The notes beneath the pieces were generated by a model that was given only the letters and a program-made list of their open reading frames with translations, had not been told where the DNA came from and searched no databases. A stretch of DNA of 64,000 bases, taken from NCBI RefSeq assembly GCF_000181795.1, contig NW_003526940.1, positions 1,941,854-2,005,853 on the forward strand, read 5' to 3'. This stretch comes from Trichinella spiralis. Taxonomy: Eukaryota. Made by a program: the position numbers and the translations under genes. Of the stretch, positions 62,788 through 64,000 are shown piece by piece (position 1 is the stretch's first letter; each line of letters opens with the position of its first letter).

Positions 62788-64000
62788 TCTGCATTTGTCT
62801 CATGTAATGTGTGTTATTATTTCATAATTGTAAAAAATACCAAATGAACGACAACAACAATAACAACAGGACTGTGTTTTTATGTTAATTGTTAATACAA
62901 GCCAAACACAGGCTTTAAGGATTGCAACTGAATTTAGAAGAACCTTTTTTTAATGAAAACAAACAGTAAAGCGCATTGCATGCAATTATGGAGGGGTAAA
63001 CATATGAAACATTGTCACATTGGTCATACAAAACTTTGAAAATAAATGAAAAAATAAGTTATACCTGAGAGTAATATTTGTATTTACTAGTTGAACAATC
63101 AAATATGATTCTCATCAGATTATGCTTAAAATATCTTTCATATATGTAGAATTAAACAACATTATAATCAAAAAAATATACTTGCAATAATTACGTTTAT
63201 ACAATTACATAGCAGTAATCAATTTTTTTTTCATTGCACGACATTTCACAGAAATTAAAATTAGTTATTTGAAAATTTGAAATAAAAAATAAGTTGAACA
63301 GCAAAATAAGTGGTGATCATATTTGATAAAGTTGCATTTATAAGCCGTCCTTTTGGAAAATTAAAAATAAAGGACAACAAATGTATAAAATTGAAACTTC
63401 TCATGACCAGAACTGACTTTTATCATACACGGAAGTGTGTTAATCGATAATTTTTCTAGTTATTAATTATGAAATTAACTGCAACCGGAGAGATGCTTTG
63501 TGCGCTTTAATATTATTACAGAGAAAATTCTTTTAACATTAATAATTAAGAAAAGGTTTTAGACTGAAAAACAGAAATTATAATTCAAATTATACAGAAT
63601 GTTGATTAATTGGAATTGAAAAGGAAAAGGTTAATTTTTTTTTCTTCAGAAATTCCATTAAAAATACCACCAGTATAATAAAGAAACATAAAAATTTTGA
63701 AATTAGATAAATTTTGTGCTCAAATAATAAATTTGTCTTCTTTGAAAATGACAAAGCTGAAAATTAAGCAAGACGTTCAAAAGTTGGTGGAAAAATTAAA
63801 AAGGAAATTCATTGAGACAGTTTTGGCAGTCGTGTGTGCATCATTGGGGATTTGCAGTTTTTCAATTTAACTCTCCAATTGTGAAGCGATTTTTGAAGCT
63901 GAGCTGCGACTAACAAAGCGTGCATGCGTATGTATGCATGTATTAAGTATTTGTGTGTGATTTATTCGATCAAGCAGACATCAAGCTTACCACGTTTTCA

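Overview
AT-rich eukaryotic genomic DNA with short GT-AG introns. The gene content (ACC-type Cys-loop channel, SapA-GILT, CHK/EcKinase-like kinase, multi-PAN secreted protein) points to a nematode, probably clade I such as Trichinella; this is inference. Bases 1 to ~36.5 kb are transposon-dense: two head-to-head decayed FLYWCH-MULE copies, three BEL/Pao LTR retrotransposons (one with paired 384-bp LTRs and a TGCAT TSD), several solo LTRs, a deleted Buster-type hAT and a non-autonomous TIR element with a 9-bp TSD. A GILT gene and a 6-exon five-PAN-domain gene lie among them. From ~37.8 kb to the end the DNA is gene-dense: CHK-like kinase, mitochondrial ribosomal protein L17, an unannotated Cys-rich metallothionein-like gene, TFIIH p62, APC1, a JmjC protein, the 3' part of an anion-selective Cys-loop channel, and a tRNA-Phe(GAA). 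Most notable: (i) a near-perfect 590-bp INVERTED pair of LTRs bracketing a decayed BEL/Pao element that carries a different LTR; (ii) a spliced 76-aa peptide with 16 Cys and no aromatic residues, absent from the ORF track; (iii) a PBS matching the tRNA-Phe gene in this window at 18/18; (iv) covarying terminal hairpins at the U5 ends of several LTR families. All alignments and exon boundaries were read by eye, and three assembly gaps (N runs) limit interpretation.
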